Origin: a virus
Length of the DNA stretch: 64,000 bases
Virus record (IMG/VR): IMGVR_UViG_3300042469_000981
Direction: 5' to 3' (one strand)
The notes below the pieces were generated by a model. It ran no database searches. It worked only from the letters and a program-made list of their open reading frames with translations, and was not told the DNA's origin. Below are positions 35,206 through 44,316 of this stretch, piece after piece. The translations under genes were made by a program, and so were the position numbers. The stretch's first letter is position 1. Each line of letters opens with the position of its first letter.

Positions 35206-36261
35206 TTATTTTTTAAAACTGTTTATTACTTTAAATGTATTGGTAATTGTTAATTCAGGATCTTTCATTAGTTTATTTAATCCATCTTCATTATAAAGTA
35301 ACATAAATGCTTTGGTATTCAAAGCTGGAGGTAATTCTTCTGAGAATTCTTCTAGGTATTGTTTTTCTACTTCATCAACTAGTGGTTTTCCTAAATCCAT
35401 AATTTTATAATTATTTCTTAATCGATCCTCATCTTGAAGTACTCGAGCGTAAATAACATGCTCTTTTAATTTTGATTCGGCAATGCCCATTAAGTCATCA
35501 AAAGACAGAGGGCGTTCAAGTAATTCAGGAAACTTTTTAGTAACACCTTTTTTACCTAAACCTTTAATACCCTCTACTTTATCTGAATTATCACCTAACA
35601 GTGTTTTGTATAAAATAAAATTTTCAGCTAATACACCATAATTGCTCTTAATCATTTCTTTGGTATAAAATTCTTTTTCAGCTGGTCTATATACTGTTAT
35701 TTTATTGTTTACTAATTGAATAAAATCTTGGTCATTAGATACAATGAATACCTTAGAACCATGTTTAGTAGACAATATATCACTTAAATAGGCGATAATA
35801 TCATCAGCTTCTACCTTATTCATACTAACTGTTTTAACAGGTAAGCATTTTAAATAATGAATTAACCTAACAGTTTGGTTAACCTTAGAATCATGTTCCT
35901 CTTCTAGTGAATCAAAAACGTCCCAGTTAGTGATTCGAACTAAGTTCCTACCTGATTTGTACTCAGGTAATAGATTCTTTCTGTTTATAGAAGAACCAGC
36001 TCCATCAAATACAACATATACAGAAGTTGGTTGTAATTGATTTACTAAGTAATTTAATGAGCGTAAAAAACCTCCTAGGCCACCAACATGCGCTCCATCT
36101 TGGTTAACCATCTTCATCATAGCAAAATTTCTAAAAAACAAATTCAACCCATCAATAAGCAATACTCGCTCATGAGGGTTTGTTAGTACTTCATCTTCTT
36201 TGGTTACTTTGCCTAGAAGGTTTATCAAGTCGCTCTTTTTCATGTTATTTAAATATAACAA
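35206..36261 (-). CDS. 5'-3' exonuclease / flap endonuclease (T4 RNase H-like)
   Basis: LLIDGLN, VVFDG, YKSGR, VEADDII, SNDQDFIQL, LLGDNSDKVEGIKGLG. Confidence 0.93.
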   Translation of the reverse strand: MLYLNNMKKSDLINLLGKVTKEDEVLTNPHERVLLIDGLNLFFRNFAMMKMVNQDGAHVGGLGGFLRSLNYLVNQLQPTSVYVVFDGAGSSINRKNLLPEYKSGRNLVRITNWDVFDSLEEEHDSKVNQTVRLIHYLKCLPVKTVSMNKVEADDIIAYLSDILSTKHGSKVFIVSNDQDFIQLVNNKITVYRPAEKEFYTKEMIKSNYGVLAENFILYKTLLGDNSDKVEGIKGLGKKGVTKKFPELLERPLSFDDLMGIAESKLKEHVIYARVLQDEDRLRNNYKIMDLGKPLVDEVEKQYLEEFSEELPPALNTKAFMLLYNEDGLNKLMKDPELTITNTFKVINSFKK

Positions 36262-36281
36262 ATTTTCTTAAATAGGCCAAA
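36250..36281 (-). promoter_or_regulatory. early/middle-type promoter motif
   Basis: TTTGGC-N18-TATATTTA. Confidence 0.7.
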
Positions 36282-36282
36282 C

Positions 36283-37377
36283 TTATTCCCCATCCATTAA
36301 GTCTAGAGGAATATCTCTGGTTGATTCATTCCAATCTGATGAATCTTCGATTACTTCAAACTTTCCATCTCCTAGAATGTCTTTCCATTCCATAGAATGT
36401 GCTTTCTTGTAAGTATCAATTTCTTTTTTATCGTCCTGAATAAAACCATGAATAGTAGCGATTACAACACTTTTTGTTTGTAATCCTGTAACGTGGTTCT
36501 TATCACATGACACTTTAGTTCTTACAGCAAATTCTACTTCTTTACCGTCTTTAGTTGCTTTAATTTTACTTGTACCACTATTAGTAATGTTACCAAAAGT
36601 TAATACAATAGAAGCATCCAAAAACATAGTCTCACCATTTTTCATCTTCATTTTAGGTTGTGCCATAATATTTTCAGCTGGTGCAACCCAGATCTTATTA
36701 ATAGCTACCATTGAATTAGTGAATGGTGCGTTTTCTTTTCTAGATAAAGGGAAACGTTGATTAATAAAGTTACCAAATTGTTGAGACATAGCTCCTGCGT
36801 TCCACATAGGATTGTTTTTATTTGCTTCAACACTCATTTTACAAGGTATTGAACCAATTGAATCCCAGAAGAAACACAAGTCATAAGGCAAATTACCTTT
36901 TTTCTGTTCATCCAACAAATCAGCAATAAATTCAGCTACGTCTTCAATAGTACCTAACGATGATCTATCTTTATAAATAAAGAATCCATCATGGTCAACT
37001 ACTTCTCCTGTAGTTTCATCAACTACATCATTAAGTTGGAAACCCATTGTACGAGCGTGTTCCCAGGACCATTTCATTTCAGTAATAATAAAAACAGGTA
37101 AGATACCCATTTTTTGAGCGCTAATTGCTAACTCAAGTAATGCTGTAGTCTTACCTGTATTACTGTGTCCTCTTAATAATGTGATGTGACCTACTGGAGC
37201 ACCAGCTACAGAAATTGAATCTTGTAGTGCTTTTGAGAATGGGATCCATTTTTGTTCTTTAAACTTAACAGTTCCATTCAATAATTTCTTCTCCTTGAAT
37301 TTCTCAAGGTTGAAGTTTGATTTAATCTCTGTAGAGATTGCTTCCGTTAGCGATTCGCTTTTTTTAGGTCTTGGCAT
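36283..37377 (-). CDS. RecA/UvsX-like recombinase
   Basis: GHSNTGKT Walker A, FFWDSIGS Walker B, MVAINKIW; adjacent to SSB. Confidence 0.85.
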   Translation of the reverse strand: MPRPKKSESLTEAISTEIKSNFNLEKFKEKKLLNGTVKFKEQKWIPFSKALQDSISVAGAPVGHITLLRGHSNTGKTTALLELAISAQKMGILPVFIITEMKWSWEHARTMGFQLNDVVDETTGEVVDHDGFFIYKDRSSLGTIEDVAEFIADLLDEQKKGNLPYDLCFFWDSIGSIPCKMSVEANKNNPMWNAGAMSQQFGNFINQRFPLSRKENAPFTNSMVAINKIWVAPAENIMAQPKMKMKNGETMFLDASIVLTFGNITNSGTSKIKATKDGKEVEFAVRTKVSCDKNHVTGLQTKSVVIATIHGFIQDDKKEIDTYKKAHSMEWKDILGDGKFEVIEDSSDWNESTRDIPLDLMDGE

Positions 37378-37395
37378 AAAATAACTTTAATTTAA

Positions 37396-38235
37396 TTAGA
37401 ACGGCAAATCATTACTTTCATCTTCGTCTTCAAACAAAGAATCAAATTGATCAGCTTTGTTGGCTTTAGGAGCCATAGGTGTTTTTAAAGCATAAGCTTT
37501 AACTGGAGCTACTTCTACTACTGCTTCTTCTTCATCCTCATCTACATCTCCAGAAGCATCTTCAGGTGACAACCAATTTTGCAATACTTCTTTTAAAGCA
37601 TCAAATTCCATTTTTCTTTGAATTTCTAACAATACGGGTTGTTCTTTAAGGAATGTCTGGATTAATGAAGCATCAGAACTTAATGCAGTTGTTTTAGGTT
37701 TAATACGAATTGATGATTTAAGACCTTGACGACCACCAATGTCACCTTTAACTACATCAACGGTAAAGTCTCTACCATCATTGATGTCTGTGTAGTCTCC
37801 ATAATCTTCATCTTCAGCAATACCTAAAAGTTGCATGTAAATTTCTTTACCAAATTCCCAAAGGCGTACTCCTTTTTCTTCCTCACCACGTACAATTACA
37901 GGAGCAAAAACTCTCATTTTTGGGTCTAATTTCTTAGCCAATACCCAGTTTTCACGATCATTGGTTTTACGAAGTTGAGCAGCAAATTCTACAATCGGGT
38001 CTTTTTCATCCCAGTTAGTTAAGGCGTAGATAGGAAATTTTGAAAATCCATAGTGAACAAAAACCTCTTGAAATGGGTTTTTAGGATTCAATTTAGAAGG
38101 AACAATACGAATTTGGTACTTTCCTTCTTCTTTTGGTTTCCAGTAAACTTTTGAGTAATCAATTTTTTCTTTCTTGCCTGTGTTGTTCGTCGACTGTAAT
38201 GAATTTAGTCGTTGTTTGATTGATGCAATATCCAT
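37396..38235 (-). CDS. single-stranded DNA-binding protein (T4 gp32-like)
   Basis: YWKPKEEGKYQIRIVP, VRLWEFGK, DINDGRDFTV; acidic tail ending DLPF. Confidence 0.85.
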   Translation of the reverse strand: MDIASIKQRLNSLQSTNNTGKKEKIDYSKVYWKPKEEGKYQIRIVPSKLNPKNPFQEVFVHYGFSKFPIYALTNWDEKDPIVEFAAQLRKTNDRENWVLAKKLDPKMRVFAPVIVRGEEEKGVRLWEFGKEIYMQLLGIAEDEDYGDYTDINDGRDFTVDVVKGDIGGRQGLKSSIRIKPKTTALSSDASLIQTFLKEQPVLLEIQRKMEFDALKEVLQNWLSPEDASGDVDEDEEEAVVEVAPVKAYALKTPMAPKANKADQFDSLFEDEDESNDLPF

Positions 38236-38261
38236 GATTTTTATTTATTAGTTTAATATCG

Positions 38262-38293
38262 GAAATATATGAACGAGGTATTGTATAACCAAG
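38262..38293 (-). promoter_or_regulatory. early/middle-type promoter motif for SSB
   Basis: CTTGGT-N18-TATATTTC. Confidence 0.6.
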
Positions 38294-38300
38294 TTAAGGT

Positions 38301-38321
38301 GGGCCCTCTTTTGAAGGGCCC
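38301..38321. terminator. GC-rich intergenic hairpin
   Basis: 7-bp stem GGGCCCT/AGGGCCC; T tract is on the plus-strand side, so orientation is uncertain. Confidence 0.45.
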
Positions 38322-38339
38322 GTATTTTATTTTTATTTA

Positions 38340-38627
38340 TTAATCTTCATCCTCTTCATCATTGTGTAGGAATGCTTCAATAGCATCTCCTAATAATCCA
38401 CCTTCTGTACCTAAATAATCGTCTATAATATCATCATCCGTAATATTTGCTTGATATAAATCTTTCATTACTTTAGCTACAGCATCATAAAACATGTCTC
38501 TAGCTTCCTGAGATACAGCACTATCCGGATCTTTAGCTTCTTTAGTTAAGCGAGATTGAGTGGTAATTTTATTTTCTACTAACCACTGTTTAGCGTTAAA
38601 ATTGTCTGCTTTTTTCATGTTTATCAA
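38340..38627 (-). CDS. acidic hypothetical protein
   Basis: Intact ORF with its own promoter motif. Confidence 0.7.
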   Translation of the reverse strand: MINMKKADNFNAKQWLVENKITTQSRLTKEAKDPDSAVSQEARDMFYDAVAKVMKDLYQANITDDDIIDDYLGTEGGLLGDAIEAFLHNDEEDED

Positions 38628-38634
38628 TATGTTA

Positions 38635-38666
38635 TAAATATAACAAAGAAATCCTAAATTGCCAAA
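38635..38666 (-). promoter_or_regulatory. early/middle-type promoter motif
   Basis: TTTGGC-N18-TATATTTA. Confidence 0.7.
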
Positions 38667-38674
38667 CCGGTTTT

Positions 38675-39133
38675 TTACAATTCAACAATCTTATAAACTT
38701 TTGTATTCAATTGTTTCAACTCATTATGGTTGGTTAACAAAATACAGTTTTTATAGTGCTGCCAGTTTACACGGTAAGATGGGTCAACCACTCCTCCGTT
38801 TAACTTTTTTATCAAATCATTCAACGCATTAATAGTATAAAGCGTATTGGTTTCTTTTTTTCTATGTACTAAAATAGTATTCAATGGAATACCTTCTACA
38901 TTACCCTGCTCTACATTATAAGTAATAACATATTCATCTGTACTTTTAACATACAAAACAAACATCTTATTATACATAATAGAATAAGCTCTTGTCAGAT
39001 CATTAATTAAATCATCTAAGCTTTCTAAAGTAGTAAATGTACAAAATAACTTATTATTCACGTCGCGTATGGTGGTTAAATCAAAATCGTATCCACTATA
39101 CATATGTTTATCCTCTTGTAAAATCATAGTCAT
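38675..39133 (-). CDS. hypothetical protein
   Basis: Intact ORF overlapping the end of the PolA-like gene. Confidence 0.7.
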   Translation of the reverse strand: MTMILQEDKHMYSGYDFDLTTIRDVNNKLFCTFTTLESLDDLINDLTRAYSIMYNKMFVLYVKSTDEYVITYNVEQGNVEGIPLNTILVHRKKETNTLYTINALNDLIKKLNGGVVDPSYRVNWQHYKNCILLTNHNELKQLNTKVYKIVEL

Positions 39134-40397
39134 AACCTTTTTTAGTTTTTGTAATTAATTTATATTTTTCAAATACTTTATTTATCTCAAGTTCAATACC
39201 TTCTTCCTTATCTCCTAGTTCAAACAAAAAACTATCATAAGTATATAACACTATCTTAGTTTTCTTACCCCTTAATAACTTATGTATATCCATTAATATC
39301 CTAGTATTAATAGCTGTTTCTATGTTTTGCAACATATAGTTAAAAAGTTTTTGTGGATTCATATTTTCCAGCTTATCCTTTTCAAAGCAATAACCTGAAA
39401 TTGGTACAGTAACTTGACCGGAGTTATTAAACGCCTCCCAATTTATTGCTACAAATTCTTTTACTTTCTTAAAAAATTCCAGATGCTCATACTCTTTAAA
39501 TACACCACCATAGAGTTGTTTAAAAGTGATTTCTTTTGCTTCTTGATAACTGGTTTGGTAGAGGTCTGCAAACGCCTGGTGGACATCTGAAACGCCAAAA
39601 TCATAGGTAAGTAAGCGACCGACAATAGTAGGATGATATGCGCTAATATCGAACTCAACAAATCCATGACTCGATATGTAGCTTCTCCTTGAGCCATCTT
39701 CTTTATTTATTGCTGCGAAATTAACACCATTAAAAGAGTTACTTGGTCTACGGGTTGTTGTAGCCAAATTGTAACTTGTGTAGATCCTATCATCTTGGAT
39801 AGAATAAAATTCTTGATTGAGTTCATAGTGTTTATCAAATTCATATTTATCTATTTTTAATCCGTTTTTTTCAATACCAAAGAATGCTAATACTACCTTG
39901 CTGTTATAAAAATCAAACCAATCGGGTAGTTCCTTAGGTAAAACACTACGAACGTGACTATAAATATGTTCACACTTCTCATAGTGCTTAGTTACCGGTA
40001 TTAGTTTATTGGTTTCTTTATATGTAGGATATTTGGAGTAAAAGTAATTATATACTTTAGGTGGATCTTGTATATACGGAGGAGTGAGTTGGGATAGGTC
40101 GCACAAGCATTTTAATGGAAAATAATATAATGCCTGTTTTTTATCTTGTACCCATACTCGTTCTATTTTTTGTAGTATAGCGTTTATTAACGTTTTATTA
40201 AGCGAGGCTGTTTCGCTATGCGAAACACATAACATATAGCCTTTAGTGTCGTTAAACGGCCTAATATAAACTAATGATATATTATTTAAGGCAGGATGAA
40301 CATTATCATGGTAAGGAATAATTTCAACAAAAGCTTCCTTAATTACTTTTTGTTGTAATACCTCTAAATCTTTATCTGTCTCAATTAGCCAAAACAT
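39108..40397 (-). CDS. short divergent family A DNA polymerase
   Basis: IEKNGLKID, TTRRPS, motif A FVEFDISAYH, motif B AKEITFKQLYG, NYMLQ, motif C LYTYDSFLFE. Confidence 0.8.
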   Translation of the reverse strand: MFWLIETDKDLEVLQQKVIKEAFVEIIPYHDNVHPALNNISLVYIRPFNDTKGYMLCVSHSETASLNKTLINAILQKIERVWVQDKKQALYYFPLKCLCDLSQLTPPYIQDPPKVYNYFYSKYPTYKETNKLIPVTKHYEKCEHIYSHVRSVLPKELPDWFDFYNSKVVLAFFGIEKNGLKIDKYEFDKHYELNQEFYSIQDDRIYTSYNLATTTRRPSNSFNGVNFAAINKEDGSRRSYISSHGFVEFDISAYHPTIVGRLLTYDFGVSDVHQAFADLYQTSYQEAKEITFKQLYGGVFKEYEHLEFFKKVKEFVAINWEAFNNSGQVTVPISGYCFEKDKLENMNPQKLFNYMLQNIETAINTRILMDIHKLLRGKKTKIVLYTYDSFLFELGDKEEGIELEINKVFEKYKLITKTKKGYDYDFTRG

Positions 40398-40411
40398 AAC
40401 CTTTATTGATA

Positions 40412-40443
40412 TTAATATAACATCAATATATTATACAACCAAA
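40412..40443 (-). promoter_or_regulatory. early/middle-type promoter motif for the PolA-like gene
   Basis: TTTGGT-N18-TATATTAA. Confidence 0.65.
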
Positions 40444-41076
40444 TTATTGGTAGTATTTTGTCCAATCAAATTTTAAGTATTGATCTAAGGCAGGTAATTT
40501 TAAAGTAGTGGAAGTTAATAAAGTATTATCTCTATTTACTTTAGCTGCTTGTTCTTTAGTTCCTGTTAGTTGCCAATCTAAATAGAAAGGAATGTATAAA
40601 GTAAATTGTATTCTAGGATCTTTAGCTACTAATTGATCAAATATATTTTGATTTATTTCAATATATTTATTTTCATTTGTTTTTTTACAAAAATATCTTT
40701 TAAATTCTCCAATTTGATAATCTTGTTGAGATGGTAAAACAGGATTATAATAAGGTAAAATTCTATTTATAGGTAAATATTTAGGATAATCTCTATAATT
40801 AAAATCATTAGGGTATGGAAAGTTTAAAAACCCACCATTAGTACTAATTGAATATTCTGGAGGAGAATTGAATGAATTAACAGAAGGATAAAGTGTTGGT
40901 GGATTTTCAATTAATTCAAAGCTAGGTAGATCTTGAGGTGTTTTGCCTGAAAAATATTTTCCGCTAGATAGTTGATAGTAATATCCTATGTATGTCTCAA
41001 AAGTAGTAGCATTATACAACTCATTACCATTAGTATATAAGTTAAGAGTTATTTGGGACAGAGGATAATAAGACAT
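40444..41076 (-). CDS. hypothetical protein, probably baseplate-associated
   Basis: Last gene of the tail/baseplate run. Confidence 0.55.
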   Translation of the reverse strand: MSYYPLSQITLNLYTNGNELYNATTFETYIGYYYQLSSGKYFSGKTPQDLPSFELIENPPTLYPSVNSFNSPPEYSISTNGGFLNFPYPNDFNYRDYPKYLPINRILPYYNPVLPSQQDYQIGEFKRYFCKKTNENKYIEINQNIFDQLVAKDPRIQFTLYIPFYLDWQLTGTKEQAAKVNRDNTLLTSTTLKLPALDQYLKFDWTKYYQ

Positions 41077-41088
41077 ATTTGTTTATAA

Positions 41089-44010
41089 TTATTCAGGTAC
41101 TCTAATTATTCCTCTAATACCACCATGATATTTTTCAATATATTTATTTGTTCTTAATGCTTGGTAATTAACTTTACCATTTCCTTCATTTCCATAGTTA
41201 CCATCAATAGATTCAAATCCATTTTTAGAAACAGCGCCTGCTATAGAAATATGACTTTGCTTATAAAAAATCATATCCCCTGGTTTAATTACTGTTCTTC
41301 CTGGGATGTATTCTTCAGCGTATCCTTTTGCTTTCATATTTTGAAAAGTGGTCTCACATGATCCTGCTAATGGCATTCTTCCAGGAGTAAAACTATTAAA
41401 CAAACCTAAATAAAATTCTTTAATTTTAGCATCTTTACTTCCTACTTCTTGATAAGCTTCTTTCCAAACTAAATCAGCAAAGAAGTTACACCAAGCGTTT
41501 CCTCTACTCCAACCAACAGATTTCATTTTATTTTCAAAATCAGTACTTACAAATTTTTCATTAGTACCTATTTCTCTTTGTCCTATATATCCTCTGGCTA
41601 TTCGTACTATAGTATTCCTAATATCAGATAATTTAGGATCATTAGTATAAGGTAAAGGAGATTGATTTGGACTTGACCGTTGAGTTTTAATAGGAGATGT
41701 TTGTTTTCCAGGTTTAGTCCCTACAGGGTCTAAAGGTATAGCAGCTGAGGTTATATTAGTGGTCCAAGCATTATTTTGAATAGTATGTGATATATTCATA
41801 ATAACAAACTCCATGGCTTCAGGATAATTTTTAGGTAAAAATCTAGAATCAATATTAAATTTATTAAATATTTTCATACCAGATAATCCATCCATAGTTA
41901 AAGTTAAATTAAAAGGTAAAAATCCACTGTTTGGTGATGATGAATATGGGTTAGTAGTTTTAACTGCTAGTGTTGATTGTTTTTGATCATACTCTAAAAG
42001 TTGTTTTTGAGTATTTGTAAAGTTAGCAAATGAATCTTCATTCCATTGATGTACAATTAATGATGATATAAATGAATCAAAAATACGAAGTGTTTCTTGA
42101 TAAGTATCATTTGTATCTTTATTATCATTTTCACTTTGTATTTTAGTATTTGATGGACTAAATATTTCTTTTTTAATTCTGTCTTCTGTTCCTTTATTTA
42201 AATTAGATATAGCAATAGCATCTTGTCCAGTCACATAACCCCTTGCTGTAGCACCAATAGTAATCATAGTAGCTAAATCAGGTGTAATTTCTGTTTTAAG
42301 TTGTAAGTCTCTAACAAAACTACCACCTACAATAGACCCAGATTCATTAGTTTCTAATCCATATACATTAAACTGTGTTGTTTTTTTATTTGTTATAATA
42401 GTACTTCTATCAGGCAATGATGTTTTATCTATAAAAATAATAGTGTTAGTATCATAATCTATTTTAGGAGTTATACTATTAAAATTACCTGTTGCCTTAC
42501 AAAACCCAGACATTATACTATTTAATAAAGAAACAAGAGATATATTCCCATCTGTATCTTTTGAATCTTCTAATAGTTTTAAAATAAAAACCATATTAAA
42601 ATAACAAAACATTAGTTTACCATAGGAGTTATTACCTTTACTAATTACAAAATCGTCAATATCAGGATATAAAGTTTGTTCAGGTGTTGTAGAAGTAAAA
42701 CCAGTAGCTCCAGGTATATTATACTCTACTTCAATAGCAGGTAATGTTTTTTTAAAAGCACATATCCTAGGATCTGAAGGGATTTGTTTTGGAGGAGTGT
42801 ATATTAATATTTTATCACTATCAGTATCTCCAACATTTAAAATTTTCTCACTAGTATCATTTATTGTTGGGATGATACTATTTTTTATTAGTTGTAAAAA
42901 AGTACCAAATCGAACAAAGTATTGGGTTTGACCTGTTGTGTATGATTGAGAGAAATAATCAACAGATTTTGATCCATCAAGAGAATAAGTATTAGTCCCT
43001 ATAGTATTTGTTTTTGGAATCAATTTTTGAATTTCAGCAAACACAGCTCCTATAGTACTGCTTTGAGCAAAAGATACTATTGTGTCTTCAGAAGTGTTAG
43101 GTAATCCTGCTGATAGGGCTTCACTTAGATTAAAAGTAGTAGGTCTAGTTGGTCCTTCTGTTTGGAGAAAAGTAGGTTTTCCAGGAAGTAAAAGGTTAGT
43201 TTTAAGTGCTTCTATAACATCACCTGCGCTTCTTAAAATAATAGTTATGTCATAAGAACCATCTCTATTAAATGTCCAACTATAATTTACTACTCTGCCT
43301 ATTAAAGCATCATAGTTACCATCAGTATATTCTCGTTGGATTGCTACAGCTTTAAGTAAGTTATTATAAGTTACAACATCTGTACCTAGTTCATCCTTTA
43401 TATAACCGAAATTATATTTTTTAATTAAAAATGAGTCAGCTAAACTAGTTATATTATCAGAAACATAGTTTCCTATATTATTAAAATAAGATGTATTACC
43501 CCATTCTAATAACATAGTATAACCTACTCTTAAATATAATGTACTAATTATATCAAATTGAGTTTTATTGTTAGCTTTAATTTGAACTGTACCTGTTCTA
43601 AGAGAGCCCATAGTCTCACTTTTTATATTAGCAGATACAATACCGGGCATAGGCTGAATTCCCCATTCTGTTCCTCCTAAACCATATGCTCCCATATTAT
43701 CATAAACTCTACTTGAGTCAATTCCTGCTCTTTGAAAGTTTTCAATACCAGGATTAGTTCTAGGAATTTCATCAGTAACACCATTAAATAAAACATATTT
43801 AATAGCTAACTCATCAGATTTAGCAAATCCACCACCTAACATATTTAAGTCAGTTATGTTAGCTGATGATACTAATTTAACAAAACTAGTTTTACTATTA
43901 GCCCAAAGGATTTGTTCTGTTGTTCTATTAATTGATCCTAAGATTTCTTGTCTTTTATTAACTTGTTCATCAACAAATGATTCAAAACCTTCCCCTATTA
44001 TATTTGACAT
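41089..44010 (-). CDS. baseplate hub-like protein with C-terminal CHAP amidase/peptidase domain
   Basis: C-terminal IARGYIGQRE, AWCNFFADLVW, PGDMIFYKQSHISI, ESIDGNY; position after the LysM/gpX-like gene. Confidence 0.75.
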   Translation of the reverse strand: MSNIIGEGFESFVDEQVNKRQEILGSINRTTEQILWANSKTSFVKLVSSANITDLNMLGGGFAKSDELAIKYVLFNGVTDEIPRTNPGIENFQRAGIDSSRVYDNMGAYGLGGTEWGIQPMPGIVSANIKSETMGSLRTGTVQIKANNKTQFDIISTLYLRVGYTMLLEWGNTSYFNNIGNYVSDNITSLADSFLIKKYNFGYIKDELGTDVVTYNNLLKAVAIQREYTDGNYDALIGRVVNYSWTFNRDGSYDITIILRSAGDVIEALKTNLLLPGKPTFLQTEGPTRPTTFNLSEALSAGLPNTSEDTIVSFAQSSTIGAVFAEIQKLIPKTNTIGTNTYSLDGSKSVDYFSQSYTTGQTQYFVRFGTFLQLIKNSIIPTINDTSEKILNVGDTDSDKILIYTPPKQIPSDPRICAFKKTLPAIEVEYNIPGATGFTSTTPEQTLYPDIDDFVISKGNNSYGKLMFCYFNMVFILKLLEDSKDTDGNISLVSLLNSIMSGFCKATGNFNSITPKIDYDTNTIIFIDKTSLPDRSTIITNKKTTQFNVYGLETNESGSIVGGSFVRDLQLKTEITPDLATMITIGATARGYVTGQDAIAISNLNKGTEDRIKKEIFSPSNTKIQSENDNKDTNDTYQETLRIFDSFISSLIVHQWNEDSFANFTNTQKQLLEYDQKQSTLAVKTTNPYSSSPNSGFLPFNLTLTMDGLSGMKIFNKFNIDSRFLPKNYPEAMEFVIMNISHTIQNNAWTTNITSAAIPLDPVGTKPGKQTSPIKTQRSSPNQSPLPYTNDPKLSDIRNTIVRIARGYIGQREIGTNEKFVSTDFENKMKSVGWSRGNAWCNFFADLVWKEAYQEVGSKDAKIKEFYLGLFNSFTPGRMPLAGSCETTFQNMKAKGYAEEYIPGRTVIKPGDMIFYKQSHISIAGAVSKNGFESIDGNYGNEGNGKVNYQALRTNKYIEKYHGGIRGIIRVPE

Positions 44011-44012
44011 AA

Positions 44013-44312
44013 TTAAGAATTTATTGTATTAAAAGCACTTACTACTCCAGCATAAAAAGCAGGTATTCTAATTTGCAATCCTTCAGGAATAACTAATGAA
44101 TTTTGAGGTAATTTATCTGTATTAGCTATGGATATAACCCACCATAAAGAACTATTTTTATAATATTGTAATGCTAAAACATCAAACCTGTCACCTTGAA
44201 CAGTATAAACATAGATATCATCAGAAGTAACTGGTACTTCTGGATAGCGAGAAGTGACATATACTAATTTTTTATCTATTTTAGTTTTTGGTATGTTTTG
44301 ATATCTATTCAT
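44013..44312 (-). CDS. LysM / tail protein X-like baseplate protein
   Basis: YTVQGDRFDVLALQYYKNSSLWWVISIAN...IPEGLQIRIP. Confidence 0.8.
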   Translation of the reverse strand: MNRYQNIPKTKIDKKLVYVTSRYPEVPVTSDDIYVYTVQGDRFDVLALQYYKNSSLWWVISIANTDKLPQNSLVIPEGLQIRIPAFYAGVVSAFNTINS

Positions 44313-44316
44313 ATTA

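Noticed and set aside
40209-40227. 8-bp hairpin TGTTTCGC/GCGAAACA inside the PolA-like gene
   Set aside because: Single instance in coding sequence with a 3-nt loop and no T tract; could be chance
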